Shown: positions 25,443 to 39,657, numbered from the stretch's first letter. The stretch: 64,000 bases of DNA from Eledone cirrhosa (GCA_964016885.1 OZ024740.1:154628001-154692000), one strand, 5' to 3'. A program made the numbers and translations. The notes: generated from the letters alone by a model not told the origin.

Positions 25443-25576
25443 CAGCAGTCGCCAACCTTTCGGACCTCACGGACCACTAAATTCATAATTTTAAATCCCG
25501 CGGACCATTAATATGATTTTATTTTAAAGATAAATAACTTAAAATTTTTCCGCGGACCACTGGTTGGCGACTGTTG
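25443..25576. mobile_element. hAT (Charlie-like) MITE
   Basis: TIRs CAGCAGTCGCCAACC / GGTTGGCGACTGTTG and 8-bp TSD CTTTAGAA / GTTTAGAA. The empty site GTTTAGAA appears in the paralogous spacer at about 27616. Confidence 0.85.
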
Positions 25577-25870
25577 GTTTAGAATATCATAGTTATTTCC
25601 CTTATGTTGTAATATATATTTATCATTCGTTCGCCCTCGTTTGCTCTATCAATCAATATATCCACCCTTCCACGTATCTAATTACTTACCTATCAAATGT
25701 TTATACCTATTTCTCTCGTTCTCTCTCTCTCTCTCCATCTCTCCCTCTCTCTCTTTGTCTGTCGACCTAATTATATATCTGTTAATCTATCCATTTAGGT
25801 AGCTATCAAAGTATACACCGGTCTATCTCTATCTATAATATCCATCTATCGTCTCCCTATCTATCTATCT

Positions 25871-27372
25871 GGAGGGGCAGACCGATGCCCTCCGATAGCG
25901 TCGTCGGACGCTGGACGGAGGGCCCGGTGAAGTTGCTCGGGGTCTGGTTCGGACCGGACCTCCAGGTGGAGAAAAACTGGGCGGAGGTTACGAACAGGGT
26001 GTTTGCACTGACCCAGAAGTGGGCCAGATGCAAACTATCCCTGAAAGGTCGGGCGGAGGTGGCGAACACCTATATAGCGTCCGTCATCTACTACCGCCTG
26101 ACCGTAGTGCCCTGCCCAAGGGAAACCCTCACCAAGATGGAGCGCGCGCTCTTCCAATTCCTTTGGAAGAGGCGGGCTCCTATGGTGAGGAGATCCATCT
26201 GCTGTCAACACCCTTCGAAAGGAGGGCTGGGGATGCCGTGGCTAATGATGCGTAAACACGCATTAAGGCTACGGCACCTCTACGTATTCCTCACCGGTCA
26301 ACCGGTGTGGGCCTCGTTTGTGAGACGAACCTTTCCCAGACTCGTCTCACTCACCGAGCTGCAATCCTGGGTCAAGCAAAGACCGAGAAAACTGGGCGCC
26401 TGGCACACTGAGTGTGCCCAGGCGCTCACCGCCCTCTGGCAGGCGGATCCGGTTATCAGTGGAGACTCCACCGCAACATTCTATAGAGGGCTGGTACGCA
26501 GTAGGTGCGACGGCGCCCTCGGAGAAGCCCTAGACATGGAGGAGGACGAACTGGCCAGCCTGTTCGGTAGGACATTCAGCCCGGGACCTATGGACAACTT
26601 CCAGAAGTCCCTGGCCTGGCAGTGCTACCGAGGGGCTCTACCCGTTCGAGAAAAGCTCTACAGATACGGGTGCCCGGGTAGGGACCCCGCCAAAAAGATC
26701 TGTCCCAGATGCGTGTGCGACGAGGAAACCGTTGCACACGCATTGGTACACTGTTCGGGCGTAGCCGATCTGTGGGGCTATGTCTAACAACTGCTGTCAA
26801 GGGTGGGACCGATCCGGTTGACCACCGAGTCTATTGTAATGATCAAGCCGCCTCCCCCCTTCAAAGATGAAGCAGAGGCGGTGTTTCTGTGCGTAATAGC
26901 CATGGCGAAAGAGGTTGTATGGTGGACGCGTCTGAAAGGACTGAGGTCAGGCACCTTTCTCTCTGGCCAACAACTGGTCCGTTTCTTCCGATATCATTTC
27001 GGAAGAAGGATCAGGATGGAGAGAGAGGTGCTCCACCCCAGTCGTTTTTATGAAAGGTGGGTGAAAGTGGCGAGAATGGCCCGCGTGAATGGGCCTTCTC
27101 TTTACATAAGCCTGTAGGTGGAAAAGAGGAAGGAACGAGGGAGCACCCCCTCTCTGTGCCCCTGAGGAAAAGGGTTGCACACTTTTTTCGGGGGTGTGTG
27201 CGACCCCCCAAGGCGCCTCCTCTCTATTGAGGATTTTGTTATAAATTTTATTTTTTGTTATATATTATTTATATATATTGTTATTGCCTCCTCCTTATTG
27301 AGGACGCCTTTTTGTGTAAACTCCCCCCTTGTACTTGTCCCACTTTTGATGCCCTGGTGGCAAATAAAAGAA
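25871..27372 (+). mobile_element. 5'-truncated Tx1 copy 2
   Basis: ORFs 25885-26787 and 26803-27117 are highly similar to the 3' part of copy 1. Both junctions are in (TATC)n. Confidence 0.93.
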
Positions 27373-27669
27373 ACATATCTATCAATCTATCTTTCTATCT
27401 ATGCATCTATCTAACTAACTATCTATCTATCTATACATATAGCCCTTGTGGTTAATAAAGAAATATATCTATCCATATAGAAATATATCTATCTATCCAT
27501 ATTTCTGTCTGCCTCTCTGCATTTCTACCTCTCTGCCTTTTTACCCCTCTGTATATCTGTCTATCTTGTTATTTATCTAATTATCTATCTGGATTATCTC
27601 GCCTACTGGATATTGTTTAGAATATTTAGAGTTATTCCCCCTGGTGTTGTAATTTATATCTCATTATTG

Positions 27670-28865
27670 ATGTGTTGATTTCAGCAAGGCCTCTGACATC
27701 CTACTGACAAAAATATCCAGCATTGGTATATCTGGAAAGTTACTCCAATGGATCAAGTGTTTCTTGACAAACAGAGCCTAACATGTTGTAGTGGAAGGAG
27801 TACAATTTAGCCCAGTCAAAGTCAGTAGTGGCGTTCCACAAGGCACAGTGCTGGACCCACTTCTCTTCATTACTTATATCAATGACGTTATCGATGTCAT
27901 CAAACAAAGCAACATAAGAATCTTTACAGATGATTCCAGGTTGTAGAAGGTCATCAATAGAGTGGAAGACCGGACATACCTTCAGTCAGATTTACTTGTT
28001 GTTATCCAATGAACGGAAAAGAACAATATGCTCCTGAACTAGGATAAATTCGAACTAATCTACTTTGGAAAAGAGAATGCACTGAAACATATTTCCGTAC
28101 CTCAGGTGAAACTTTCGTGGCATCCAACAAGATCAGAGACCTGGGAGAGATTGTCGATAACAACGTAAGCTGGGCTACTCATATAAACAGCAAAATTGAC
28201 ATGGCCCTCAGAATGAGTTTCTGGATTCTCAGGACTTTCCTGTCGAAAGATATCCATACCACAATCCTTCTTTTCTCTACATTTTCCCGGCCCCATCTAG
28301 AATACTGTTGTCCACTGTGGTCTCCCGACATGAAACAAAGTATTAAGAAAATTGAAGCACCTCAAAGGTCAATCACAAAAAAAAAACGATAGATGTCATG
28401 CCAGGCCTTGACTATTGAGGTCGACTAGAAAATCTCAAACTCTACTCTCTCCAACGCCGCCGTGAGCGCTACATTATCATCATGATGTGAACAATATTCC
28501 ATCAGTATTTCCTAATGATGTTGACATCATCTTTAAAATACACCTACGACTTGGGCCTCGTGCTATCCGCCCACAAGATAAAACAAACTCGCATCTCATA
28601 ATAACATTACGGCACAATTATTTCACCTGAACTGTCCCGCTCTTTTTACACCAAAACAGAAAAACAGAAAGAGATCCTATAAAATTCAAAAGGTCCTTGA
28701 ACAAATTCCTCCAAGAAACCCCCGATAAACCTCCTAAACCCGGACATATCTCCGTAAACGATAACTCTCTAGGCAATGGTGTCCAAATCATGATTTGAAA
28801 GACTTCGCCAAGTGGTGCTATTAAGTTAGACATTGGCAAATACTGGCCGAAAGTTTATCAAAGTT
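27670..28865 (+). mobile_element. CR1-group LINE RT and 3' fragment
   Basis: DFSKA, SGVPQGTVLGPLLF, FTDD, RPHLEYCCPLWSP, YSLQRRRERY. Confidence 0.8.
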
Positions 28866-28880
28866 ATCTATCTATCTATC

Positions 28881-31472
28881 TTGGACCAGTTCTTCGACGC
28901 AAAGCACGAAGGATGCGTTGTCAGGAGCAAAATACGTGCTCTGGGAAACGAGGGAGCCAAAGCTGTTAGCTGGGCCCGAGTGACGGAGGCGAAAAGTGGC
29001 AACAAGTCCACGATTCGGTCTTTGAAGGACCAAGACGGACGCGTGATACGTGAGCCGAAGCAGATGTGCGCGGCCTTTCAGCGGCACTTTTCTCAACTGT
29101 TCGGGCGCGCCGGGACCCTTGGACGGCGAGGCGAAGTTCTGCGAAAGGCCGATTTCGGCCGATGAGATGGGGGACGCGCTGAGCCAATGCGGCAAACGCA
29201 AATCTCCAGGTTTCGACGGTCTACCCTACGAATTTTACGTAGCAATGCCGGACTTGTTCTCCGGTCTCCTGGAAGCGAACGGTCTACTGCAACTGGCATC
29301 AGAACGGGAGAATTCCCAGTTCTGTGACCAACGGCGTAGTCACGTTAGTCAGGAAGGACGAGAATAAGGGGGATGACATAAGAAACTTCCGGCCCATAAC
29401 TCTGCTAAACACAGAGTTACAGATTTTGACCAAGGCGTTGGCAAAAAGGCTGGCGCTTGTCGTCGAATACCTGGTGGGAGAAGCGCAAACATGCGCAATC
29501 CCGACCAGATCCATACACGACAATCTCCACCTCATGCGATACATCATAGAGAGGGTAGGGTGTAAACCCGGCTTCGGTGGGGCCCTGATCAACTTGGATC
29601 AGTCTAACGCTTTCGATAGGGTTGACCATCGTTACCCGGATGAGGTGCTCGAGGCGGCAGGCTTCGGACCCGTGTTCAGGGGCTGGATTGCTGCAATGCA
29701 CAGCAGCAACATCTGCTCAAGGGTCAAGGTGAACGGCTACCTCTCGGAGCCGTTCCATATCACGCGATCCATCCGACAGGGATGCCCTCTCTCCTCCCTT
29801 CTGTACGTACTGACTCTCGAGCCACTACTGCGAAAGTTGGAGCTATTGCAGGGCATCCCTTTGGAATCGGGACTGCGAAAAGCGGCGTCGGCCTACACCG
29901 ACGACGTGACAGTAATGGTGTCGAGCACCTCGCAAATAAGGTAGGTCGGCACTTTACTGGAGGAATACAAAAGGTTCACAGGAGCGAAGCTGAACCGGGA
30001 CAAATCTATCGGTTTGCAACTCGGAACGTGGAGAGGCAAACTGATGCCTTCCGATGGCGTCGTCAGACGCTGGACGGAAGGACCGGTAAAGTTGCTCGCG
30101 GTCTGGTTTGGTCCGGACCTCCAGGTGGAGAAGAACTGGAACGAGGTGACGGCCAAGGTGTTTGCGCTCACCCAGAAGTCGAGCGGAGGTGGCGGAGGTG
30201 GCGAACACTTTTATAGCGTCCGTCATCTACTACCGCTTGACCGTCGTGCCTTGTCCAGCCAAAACGGAGCGCGCACTCTTCCAATTCCTTTTGGAAGAAA
30301 CGGGCTCCTTTGGTGAGAAGATCCATCTGCTGCCAAAACCCTTCAAACGGAGGGCTGAGGATGCCGTGGCTGACGATGCGCAAAAACGCGCTCAAGCTAC
30401 GGCACCTTCACGTATTCCTCACCGGACAACCGGTGTGGGCGCCGTTCGTGAGGCGAGTCTTCCCACGACTCGTCTCGCTGACCGAGCTGCAGTCCTGGGT
30501 CAAGCAAAGACCGAGGAAAATGGGCGACTGGCACATCGAATGTGCTCAGGCGCTCACAGTCTTCTGACAAACGGACCCGGCGATTAGTGGAGACTCCATT
30601 TCGACATTCTATAGAGGGTTGGTCCGCAGCAAGTGCGACGACCCGCTCTGAGAAACCCTAGGCGTAGAGGAGGACCAACTGGCCAGTGTGTTCGGTAGTA
30701 CCTTCCGCCCGGGACCAATGGACAACTTCCAAAAGTCCCTGTCCTGGCAGTGCTACCGAGGAGCTCTACCAGTTCGAGACAAGCTCTACAGACACGGGCG
30801 CCCGGGTAGGGACCCTTCGAAAAAGATCTGTCCGAGATGCGTGCGCGACGAGGAAACCGTCGCGCACGCATTTGTACACTGCCCGGGCGTTACCGACCTG
30901 TGGGGCTATGTAGAACGACTATTGTCGCGGGTGGGACCAATCCAGTTGACCATCGAGTCCATTGTCATGATCAAACCGCCACCCTCCTTCAAAAACGAGG
31001 GAGGGGGGTTTCCTATGTGTTATGGCTATGGTGAAAGAGGTTATATGGTGGACGAGGCTAAAGGGCTGAGGTCAGACACCTTTCTCTCCGGCGAACAACT
31101 GATTCGTTTTTTCAAATATCATTTTGGAAGAAGAATCAGGATGGAGAGAGAGGTGCTGTACCCCAGCAAATTTTATAAAAGGTGGGTGAATGTGGCAAAG
31201 ATGGCCCGAGTGGTTGGGCCTTCTCTCTATATAAGCCTGTAGGTTGAGGAAAAAGAGGAAGAGAGGAAGGGAGTACTCACTCTTGGTGCTCCTGGAGATG
31301 AGGGTTGTACATCTTTTCGGGGTGTGTACAACCCCTGAGTAACGCCTCCCCCTATTGGGAATTTCAATTGTTATTTGTTATTTTATTAATAGTTTTATTT
31401 TCATATACCTGTATGTAAACTCCCCATTTGTATGTGTCCCCTTCTTTTGTGCCCTTGTGGCTAATAAAGAAA
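28881..31472 (+). mobile_element. 5'-truncated Tx1 copy 3
   Basis: RT ORF 29324-29944 and C-terminal ORF 30688-31242; flanked by (TATC)n. Confidence 0.92.
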
Positions 31473-31473
31473 T

Positions 31474-31529
<56 letters not shown>

Positions 31530-31779
31530 TTATCTATCTATCCATCTAACTGTCTGTCTCTCTGTCTTACTAGCTCTCCATCTATTTTTCTCTTAATATA
31601 ACTAAGTAATTTTTAAATTATTAATATGTCTATAAATCTCAATTATCACACTTGTTGGATATTGTTTAGGATATTTAAATTTATTTCTTTTGATTTTGTA
31701 ATATATAGCTATCTCTCTTTCGCCCTCGTTCACTCTATCAATTCCATCTATTTAAATATTTACATATCAACTCTCTCTG

Positions 31780-32695
31780 TTGAGCACCTCAAGTGCACTC
31801 AGGTGCTCACAATCCTCTATCAGGTGGACACGGCAATCAGCGGAGACTCCACGGCAATATTCTATAGAGGGTTAGTAGAGGATAAGTGCGACGACGTTCT
31901 CAGGGAGACTCTAGGCGTCTAAGAGGACGAACTGAGTCTGTTCGGAGGGACTTTCCGTCCAGGACCTATGGATAATGGATAACCTCCAGAGGCCTCTGGC
32001 CTGGCAGTGCTACCGAGAAGCTCTACCTGTTCGAGACATGATCTACACACACGGCGCTCTGGCAGGGATCCTGCCAAAAGGATCCGTCCAAGATGCGAGC
32101 AAGACATTGAAACCGTTCTGCACGCAATTGTTCAATGCCCAGGGGTGACCGACCTGTGGAATTATGTCGAACAGCTACTGTCACATGTGGGACAAATCCA
32201 CTTGACAGCCGAGTCCATCGTGGGGATTACGCCGCTGCCTTCATTAAAAAACGATGGAGAGGCGATTTTCCTCTGTCTGGTGGCTATGGTGAAAGAGGTA
32301 ATATGGTGGACGAGATTAAAAGGACTGAGGACAGACATCTTCCTCTCCGGACAACTCATTCCCTTCTTTACATACTACTTCAGAAGGAAAATGAGAGTGG
32401 AGAGAGAGAGGTGCTGAAATCCAGTAAATTCGCTGAAAGGTGGGTGAATGTGGCAAAATGGTGATTGGTCCTTCTCTGCATATAAACCTGTAGGTTGAAG
32501 AAGACAAAAGAGAGAAGACAGGAACACTTACAAAACTTGCTCCTGGAGTTGAGGGTTGTAAAACAACCCAATTGTAACGTTCCCTCTATTGGGTATATCG
32601 ATTGCTATTTATTATTTTATAAATGTTACAACACGCTTAAATGTAAAATCCCCACCATACGTCCTGTAATGTCCCATTGTGGCAAATAAAGAAAT
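31780..32695 (+). mobile_element. 5'-truncated Tx1 copy 4, second subfamily
   Basis: ORF 32007-32417 (PRCEQDIETVLHAIVQC) matches copy 5. It ends AATAAAGAAATCTATC. Confidence 0.88.
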
Positions 32696-32860
32696 CTATC
32701 TATCTGTCTCTTTGTCTGTATGTATGTCCATCTAACTATCTATCTATTACTCTACCTACATAGGTATCTAGTAAACTATACACCGATCTATCCATCTATC
32801 TACCTATCTATCTGTCTGCCTGACTAACTATCTATCTTTCTAACTGTCTATCGATCCATC

Positions 32861-32953
<93 letters not shown>

Positions 32954-33099
32954 ATCTGTCTTTCTGCCTCTTCGTCTTTCTACATCTCTGTCTTTCTACT
33001 TCTCTATCAGCCTATCTTAGTATTTATCTCATTATAAATCTCTATTTATATATGTACGTATTATCTCGCCCATTTGATATTTAGAATATAATAATGATA

Positions 33100-33368
33100 A
33101 TGATATTATTGTGTACAGTCCTCAGGTGCACTACAACTCATCAAAGTTGCATGTATAGTTCATAGAATAATGTACAAATGTCAGGAAAGAGAACGGTGTA
33201 TAAGTCATGATATACATGTGGCGTGGACACTGGACTGAGGATATCAGGTGTAGCGTTGACGAATTTCAGGAAGCATGGAGGTTTTAAAGGATGCAGTGTC
33301 TCGGCTGCTAAAAACTGATGCAGGTAGTTTGTTCCATGCTTCAGCAAATCTGAGCATGAAAAAATGTT
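33100..33368 (-). mobile_element. CR1-group LINE 3' end inserted into the spacer
   Basis: KHFFMLRFAEAWNKLPASV, the typical CR1 C-terminal WNxLP motif. Confidence 0.65.
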
Positions 33369-33429
33369 TAGAGTTATTTCCCTTGCTGTCGTAATTTCTA
33401 TTCATCTCTCTATCGTTTTCGTTCACTCT

Positions 33430-36400
33430 CACAAAACTAACCGTTTTCCAAGTGAGAATGAAGAGGAACCCTAAAAATCCAAAAAGCAAAAAAGACACAA
33501 AAAATACACAAAAACATCTACAGAAAATACGCACACACCCAACCCCACCATAAATACACCGCCACAAACGACAAACACACCAACAACACAATCACCACCA
33601 ACACAACCAAACACTTCACCAACAAAACAAACACACACACCACCACAATCACAAACCCCAACCACAAAAAGAAAACTACAAACAGAAACAGTACACATAA
33701 AAAACAAAACACACTACACATACATAAAAACAAGAAACAAAAGAACAGGTGAAAACTGTCCGAAAGGACCCCACAATACAAACGGAAGGGAAAACATTCC
33801 CCACCAACGACCCATCCCCCAAACCTCAAACTTATCAGAGTAACAACCCTACAGTATGCAACTTTAAAAGAGAACTTCCCACATGATGTGGGCCCCCCTT
33901 GCAAAAAGCCCCCTAACCGTGTCTGCTAAAAGGATTCCCTCCATCCCCAAACACCACCAATATGGACATGGAGATCGAACAACCCGACCTCCAGGAAACG
34001 AAAAGGTAAGTGTTCCTGCCTTTTCTCTCCTTAACTCTTCTTCACCAACATGGCGACTATACAAGCTGGGTGTTTGAATGTACGTGGCCTGGGCATGTTC
34101 TGGAAACAGGGTCAGCTTTTAAATGATCTCAGGTCACATTGTATAGATGTGATAGCCATCACCGAGTCCAGAATTCACGACAAGCAGCAACTAACCCCCA
34201 TGTTCGATGATTTTGAGATCTACGCATCTCTCTGTCAGCCAGGAGGTGGAGGGGGAGTTGCTTTTCTGTTTAAACAAAACTTGGATCTCAAAATACAGAC
34301 GATTCACTAGCACCCGGAGGGCAGCCTGGTGGTCCTGGGCGTGAATGGTAGTGAAGGTGGAGCTTTCAGACTGGTTGCCGCATATGCCCCGACTGGGACA
34401 TCGCGACCAGAGTTCTTCAAGCGTCTGGAGCCATTCCTTAGTGTTAGCGGGGGACTATGTAGGAGCTTGTGATAATAGAGGGGGGTGTAATAGCCTCAAA
34501 AATCTCATCAGTCAATTCCAACTGGCTGATAGATATCGACTAGACAAGTGCACCACTGTGGACGTGGAGCAACCGCACTGGGTCTTCTAGATCGTATTTA
34601 GATAGATTTTTAATTAGACAGAATAAGAAAACATTAAGCTGTCCACAAATGCACATGGTTGCCTATTCAGACCACAAATTAGTCACCTGCGTAGTCAACC
34701 TTGATAGAACACATAGACAGGGACCCGGATACTGGAAGCTAAACATGTCGCTCCCGGCGCGTAAGGCCTACAGTAAACGGATTAGCACCTTAGTTAAGTG
34801 CCAGTTGAAGGGGGCGATCGTCAACAACAGGTGGTGGAGCTCTCTCAAGAGAGCAATTAGAATAGAATCAATAGAATTTAGCAAGGAAGTAGCTTTAGAA
34901 AAAAACAAAACTGAAAAGGAACTGGTAGCTAAAATAGAAGAGGCACTTAGGAATGGCAGTACAGCTGACGTGCTAGAGGCGAGAACGGCACTAGACCAGT
35001 TCTTTAACGTGAAACACGGAGGTTGTATTGTCAGAAGTAGAACACGTGCTCTAAGAAACGAGGGAGCCAAAGCTGTTAGCTGGGCCCGAGTGGCAGAGGC
35101 GAAAAGTGGCAAATACACAATTCGGTCTTTGCAAGACAAAGATGGACGCATTATACTTGAATCCAAGCAGATGTGCGCGGCCTTCCAGCAGCATTTTGCA
35201 CAACTGTTCGGACAAAGCGGTACAGCGAGCGAGGTGATGGACTTCAGCTCCTACCTCGACGGCGTACCGCGACTCTCGAGCAGGTATGCGGACAGCTGCG
35301 AAAGGCCGATCACAGCGAGAGAAATAGAAGATGCCCTAGGCCGCTGCGGGAAACGCAAATCACCCGGTTTAGATGGTCTACCCTATGCGTTTTACATAGG
35401 CATGCCAGACTTGTTCTCTGGCGTCCTCGAAGCGGTGGTACGGCAACTGGCAACAGAACGGGAGGAGTCCCAGTTCTGTAGGCAGAGGCGTAGTAACGCT
35501 GATCAGGAAAGATGAGAACAAGGGGTGGGGGTGAGATAAGCAATTTCAGGCCCATAACTCTGCTCAACACAGAGTTAAAGATTTTGGCCAAGGTGTAAGC
35601 AGCAAGGCTGGTTCTTGTCGTCGAGAACCTGGTAGGGGAAGCCCAAACGTGTGCAATCCCGACCAGGTCCATACACGACAACCCCCACCTCGTGCGATAC
35701 ATCATAGAGAGGGTAGGGTGTAAATCTGGATTTGGTGGGGCTCTGATCAATTTAGATCAGTCTAAGACATTTGATAGGGTCGACCATCAATACTTGGAAG
35801 CTGTTCTCAAGGCGGCCGGCTTCGGTCCCGTCTTCAGAGGCTGGATCGCTGCCATGCACACCAGCATCTTCACGGCAGTCAAGGTGAATGGCTACCTATC
35901 AGAGCCATTCCAAATCATGCGTTCCATCCGTCAGGGATGCCCTATCTCCTCGGGCCGTTACTGCGGAAATTGGAGCTGTTGCAGGGCATCCCGATCTAAC
36001 CAGGACTGCGCAAAGCAGCGTCAGCCTATGCTGACGACATAACCGTAATGGTGTCGAAAACCTCGGACATTGGGGTAATCGGCAACCTATTACAGGAATA
36101 CGAAACGTTGACAGGAGCAAGACTAAACCCAAACAAGTCTGTCGGTTTGCAACTCGGCACATGGAGAGGCAAACCCATGCCTTCCGACAGTGTCGTTGGA
36201 CGGTGAGATTTCTCGGGGTCTGGTTCGGTCCAGACCTCCAGGTGGACAAGAACTGGAACGAGGTCACGGTGAAGGTGTTTGCACTCACCCAGAAGTGGGC
36301 TGAGTGCAAACTCTCCTTGAAAGGTCGAGCGGAGGTGGCGAACACTTACATAGCGTCCGTCATCTACTACCGCTTGACAGTCGTGCCTTGCCTCCGCGAA

Positions 36401-37625
36401 TACCTTACCAAAATGGAACGCCTACTCTTCAAGTTCCTCTGGAAGAAACAGGCTCCATTGGTGAGGAGATCCATCTGCTGTCAACAGAGAGCTGGGCATG
36501 CCGTGGGTGATGATGCGCAAACATGCGCTGAGGCTACGCCATCTCCAGGTATTCCTGACCGGTGAACCGGTGTGGCTGTCGTTTGTGAGACAAGCTCTTC
36601 CACAACTCGTCTCACTAATAGAGCTGCAGTCCTGGGTCAAGCGAAGACCGAAAATGGGTGCCTGGCACCTTGAGTGCCTACAGGCGCTCACAGCCTTCTA
36701 CCAAGCGGAAACGGCAATCAGCGGAGACTCTACTTCGACATTCTATAGGGGATTAGTGGAGGATAAGTGCGACGACGTTCTCGGGGAAACTCTAGGCATC
36801 GAGGAGGGCGAACTGACCAGTCTGTTAGGGAGGACTTTCCGTCCAGGGCCTATGGATAACTTACGGAGGTCTCTGGCCTGGCACTGCTACCGAGGAGCTC
36901 TACCAGTTCGAGACAAAATCTACAAGCACGGGCGCCCTGGCAGAGATCCTGCTAAAAGGACCTGTCCAAGATGCGAGCAGGACATCGAAACCGTTCTGCA
37001 CGCAATTGTTCAGTGCCCAGGGGTGACCGACCTGTGGAGTTATGTTGAACAGCTGCTGTCACGTGTGGGTCACATCCAGTTGTCAGCCGAGTCTATCGTG
37101 AGGATCACCCCGCCGCCTTCATTTAAGAACGAAGGAGAGACGGTTTTCCTCTGTCTGGTGGCTATAGCGAAAGAGGTAATATGGTGGACGAGGTTAAAAG
37201 GACTGAGGGCAAACACCTTTCTCTCCGGACAACAACTTATCCTTAAGTACCACTTCAGAAGGAAGGTGAGAGTGGAGAGAGAGGTGCTACACCCCAGTAA
37301 ATTCGCTGAAAGGTGGGTGAATGTGGCAAAAATGGCCCGTGTGAATGGGCCTTCTCTGTATATAAACCTGTAGGTTGAGGAAGATAAACAGAGGGAAGAC
37401 AGGAACACCTACAAAACGTGTTCCTGGTGTTGAGGGTTGTTCTATCCACGGGGTGTAAAAAAAACCTGCAGTAACATTCCCCCCTATTGGGGATTTCAAT
37501 TGTTATTTTATTATATATAGTTTATTGTTATTTATTAATGTTAAAGTTATTTTCATGTAAAACCCCCGCCGTCACGTCTTGTAATGTCCCATTTTTGTAC
37601 GCTCCTGTGGCAAATAAAGAAAGAT
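33430..37625 (+). mobile_element. Tx1 copy 5 (ORF1 3' remnant plus decayed ORF2)
   Basis: ORF2 runs from ATG 34050 (MATIQAGCLNVRG) to 37373, with YADDI near 36027 and a CPRC zinc finger. AATAAA is near 37612. Confidence 0.92.
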
Positions 37626-37694
37626 ATCTATTAATCTATCCATTGACAATATTTAATCTACCTACCTATCTATTTTTCTCTCACTCTCTCTCTC

Positions 37695-37812
<118 letters not shown>

Positions 37813-37974
37813 AAAAAGTATGACCCCGATGGCAGAGCTCAAGCCGTTTCGACGGCTATTTCTGGTCCTATTACCCGCTCTACTACCCTAAGTATTGAGT
37901 ACTCTGGTGCGTTATGGTCCATCTGGTTCCTTACCTCAATTCTTTCGTTATATATTATATATATATATATATAT

Positions 37975-38652
37975 TTCGTTTCTGAATTTGTTTAGCAAGA
38001 TTCTTTATCTGAAAACGTGTGTTGAAACCGATATTGTAATACTTTGGGAGGGTCATGTTGCCAATACGAAACACACGCACCAGTTTCTTTCACTTCAATT
38101 TATTACAATAAATTTATAAATTTAGGAATTTATAAATTTCCGGTTCGTTGGTTGGTTCCACAACCAGATGATTGTTTATATATTGTCAAAGTTCTTTCGT
38201 CACACATTCTGTGACCTCTTCTGTGACTGAATGGAACAGCAACATCACAGCTTACAATTAAGGACAAAATGAAAACACACACGCACATAGAACAAACAAC
38301 CAACCAGTAACATGTAAATAAACAAATAAATAAACAAATATAAACACACACAGACACCCGGATGTAACACATTCGCAAACTAAGCACACAACACACACAA
38401 AAACAAGATGGCGTAGGACAGAACAAAAGAGAGGCACAAAAACAAAGAAAAGAATCCCAGTCACTGAAGAGGTCACAGAATGTGTGACGAAAAAACTTTG
38501 ACAATATATAAACAATCATCAGGTTGTGGAACCAACCAACCGGAAATTTATAAATTCCTAAATTTATAAATTTATTTTAATAAATTGAAGTGAAAGCAAC
38601 TGGTGCGTGTGTTTCTTATTGGCAACATGACCCTCCTAAAGTATAACAATAT
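37975..38652. mobile_element. Fold-back element with ~200 bp inverted arms carrying hammerhead-like motifs
   Basis: 38031-38229 is inverted at 38458-38652. The right arm 38460-38502 reads GTCA-CTGAAGA-G-GTCAC..GTGAC-GAAA-AAAC-TT-TGAC. Confidence 0.85.
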
Positions 38653-38713
38653 ATATATAAAATAAAATAATTAAGTCAAATATTTTAAATTTGGCTTCGT
38701 TTATTAAAGGTGT

Positions 38714-38768
38714 ACTGCTATATATATTTCGGTGACAGCCATCATTGGCTGTGACGTCTTCAGGCAGT
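38714..38768 (-). ncRNA. Hammerhead ribozyme-like motif, type I, stem II partly decayed
   Basis: Minus strand reads ACTGC-CTGAAGA-CGTCACAGCCA-ATGA-TGGCTGTCACC-GAAA-TATATA-TA-GCAGT. Confidence 0.7.
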
Positions 38769-39574
38769 CCGAATTGGTGTGGTAGAGACAGGTACACATG
38801 TTGTTGAAGTGTTTAACTCCGTCAATGCACCGATATGTTCAGTTTCTGGTTGGGTTGTTATTTCTCTGAGGAACTGGAATCATATGAATTCGAACAAACG
38901 AATTTCGGCGTCATAGGACACTCTCTCCACCCATTGGTCAGTTGTGAGAACATTCCTCAGTCAAAAGTCTATAGAAATTTTTTCTGAGGCAAGGCAATCT
39001 GTTGTGGTTGGATTTGTTAAGTACAGCTGACCCCCTCCCTTGTGTTGGTAGTGGTGTTAGTGTTGGGGGTCATTAGCCAGGTCAGCTTTAGTTCGGCTGC
39101 TGCTATTTTTAGAAGAATTTGTGTGTGTGTTGGCATCTATCCTGCCACCATTTCCCGTGGTGGTGGTGGGGGGGGGGGCCAAACAGATGAAGGAATAAGA
39201 TAAAGTAAAATGGAGAAATAAAAGAATATAAGGCAATAAAATGAAGAAAAAAATAAATAATAATAAAATAGTAAAAAGAATAAGATAATAAAAGAATAAA
39301 ATAAAAGAATAAAATAAAATGCGTGTGTGTTATAACCAATCTCAAAGTTTGAAAGATTTGGAAGATATTGACCGAAGTAGAAAGGCTGTGTCAGAATCAA
39401 GAAGTGCAAAGGATCACAATCTTTACACTATCATGGTGTGGTATGTTTCAAGAGCAAATCAGGAAATGCAGAGGACTACAGTTCCTATTTCGGCATAGAG
39501 CACACATGCGTGTATGTCAAATCACATCGTTCCAAGCACACACGCACAGACACAGGCCCAGGTGCATCCCCTAT

Positions 39575-39657
<83 letters not shown>

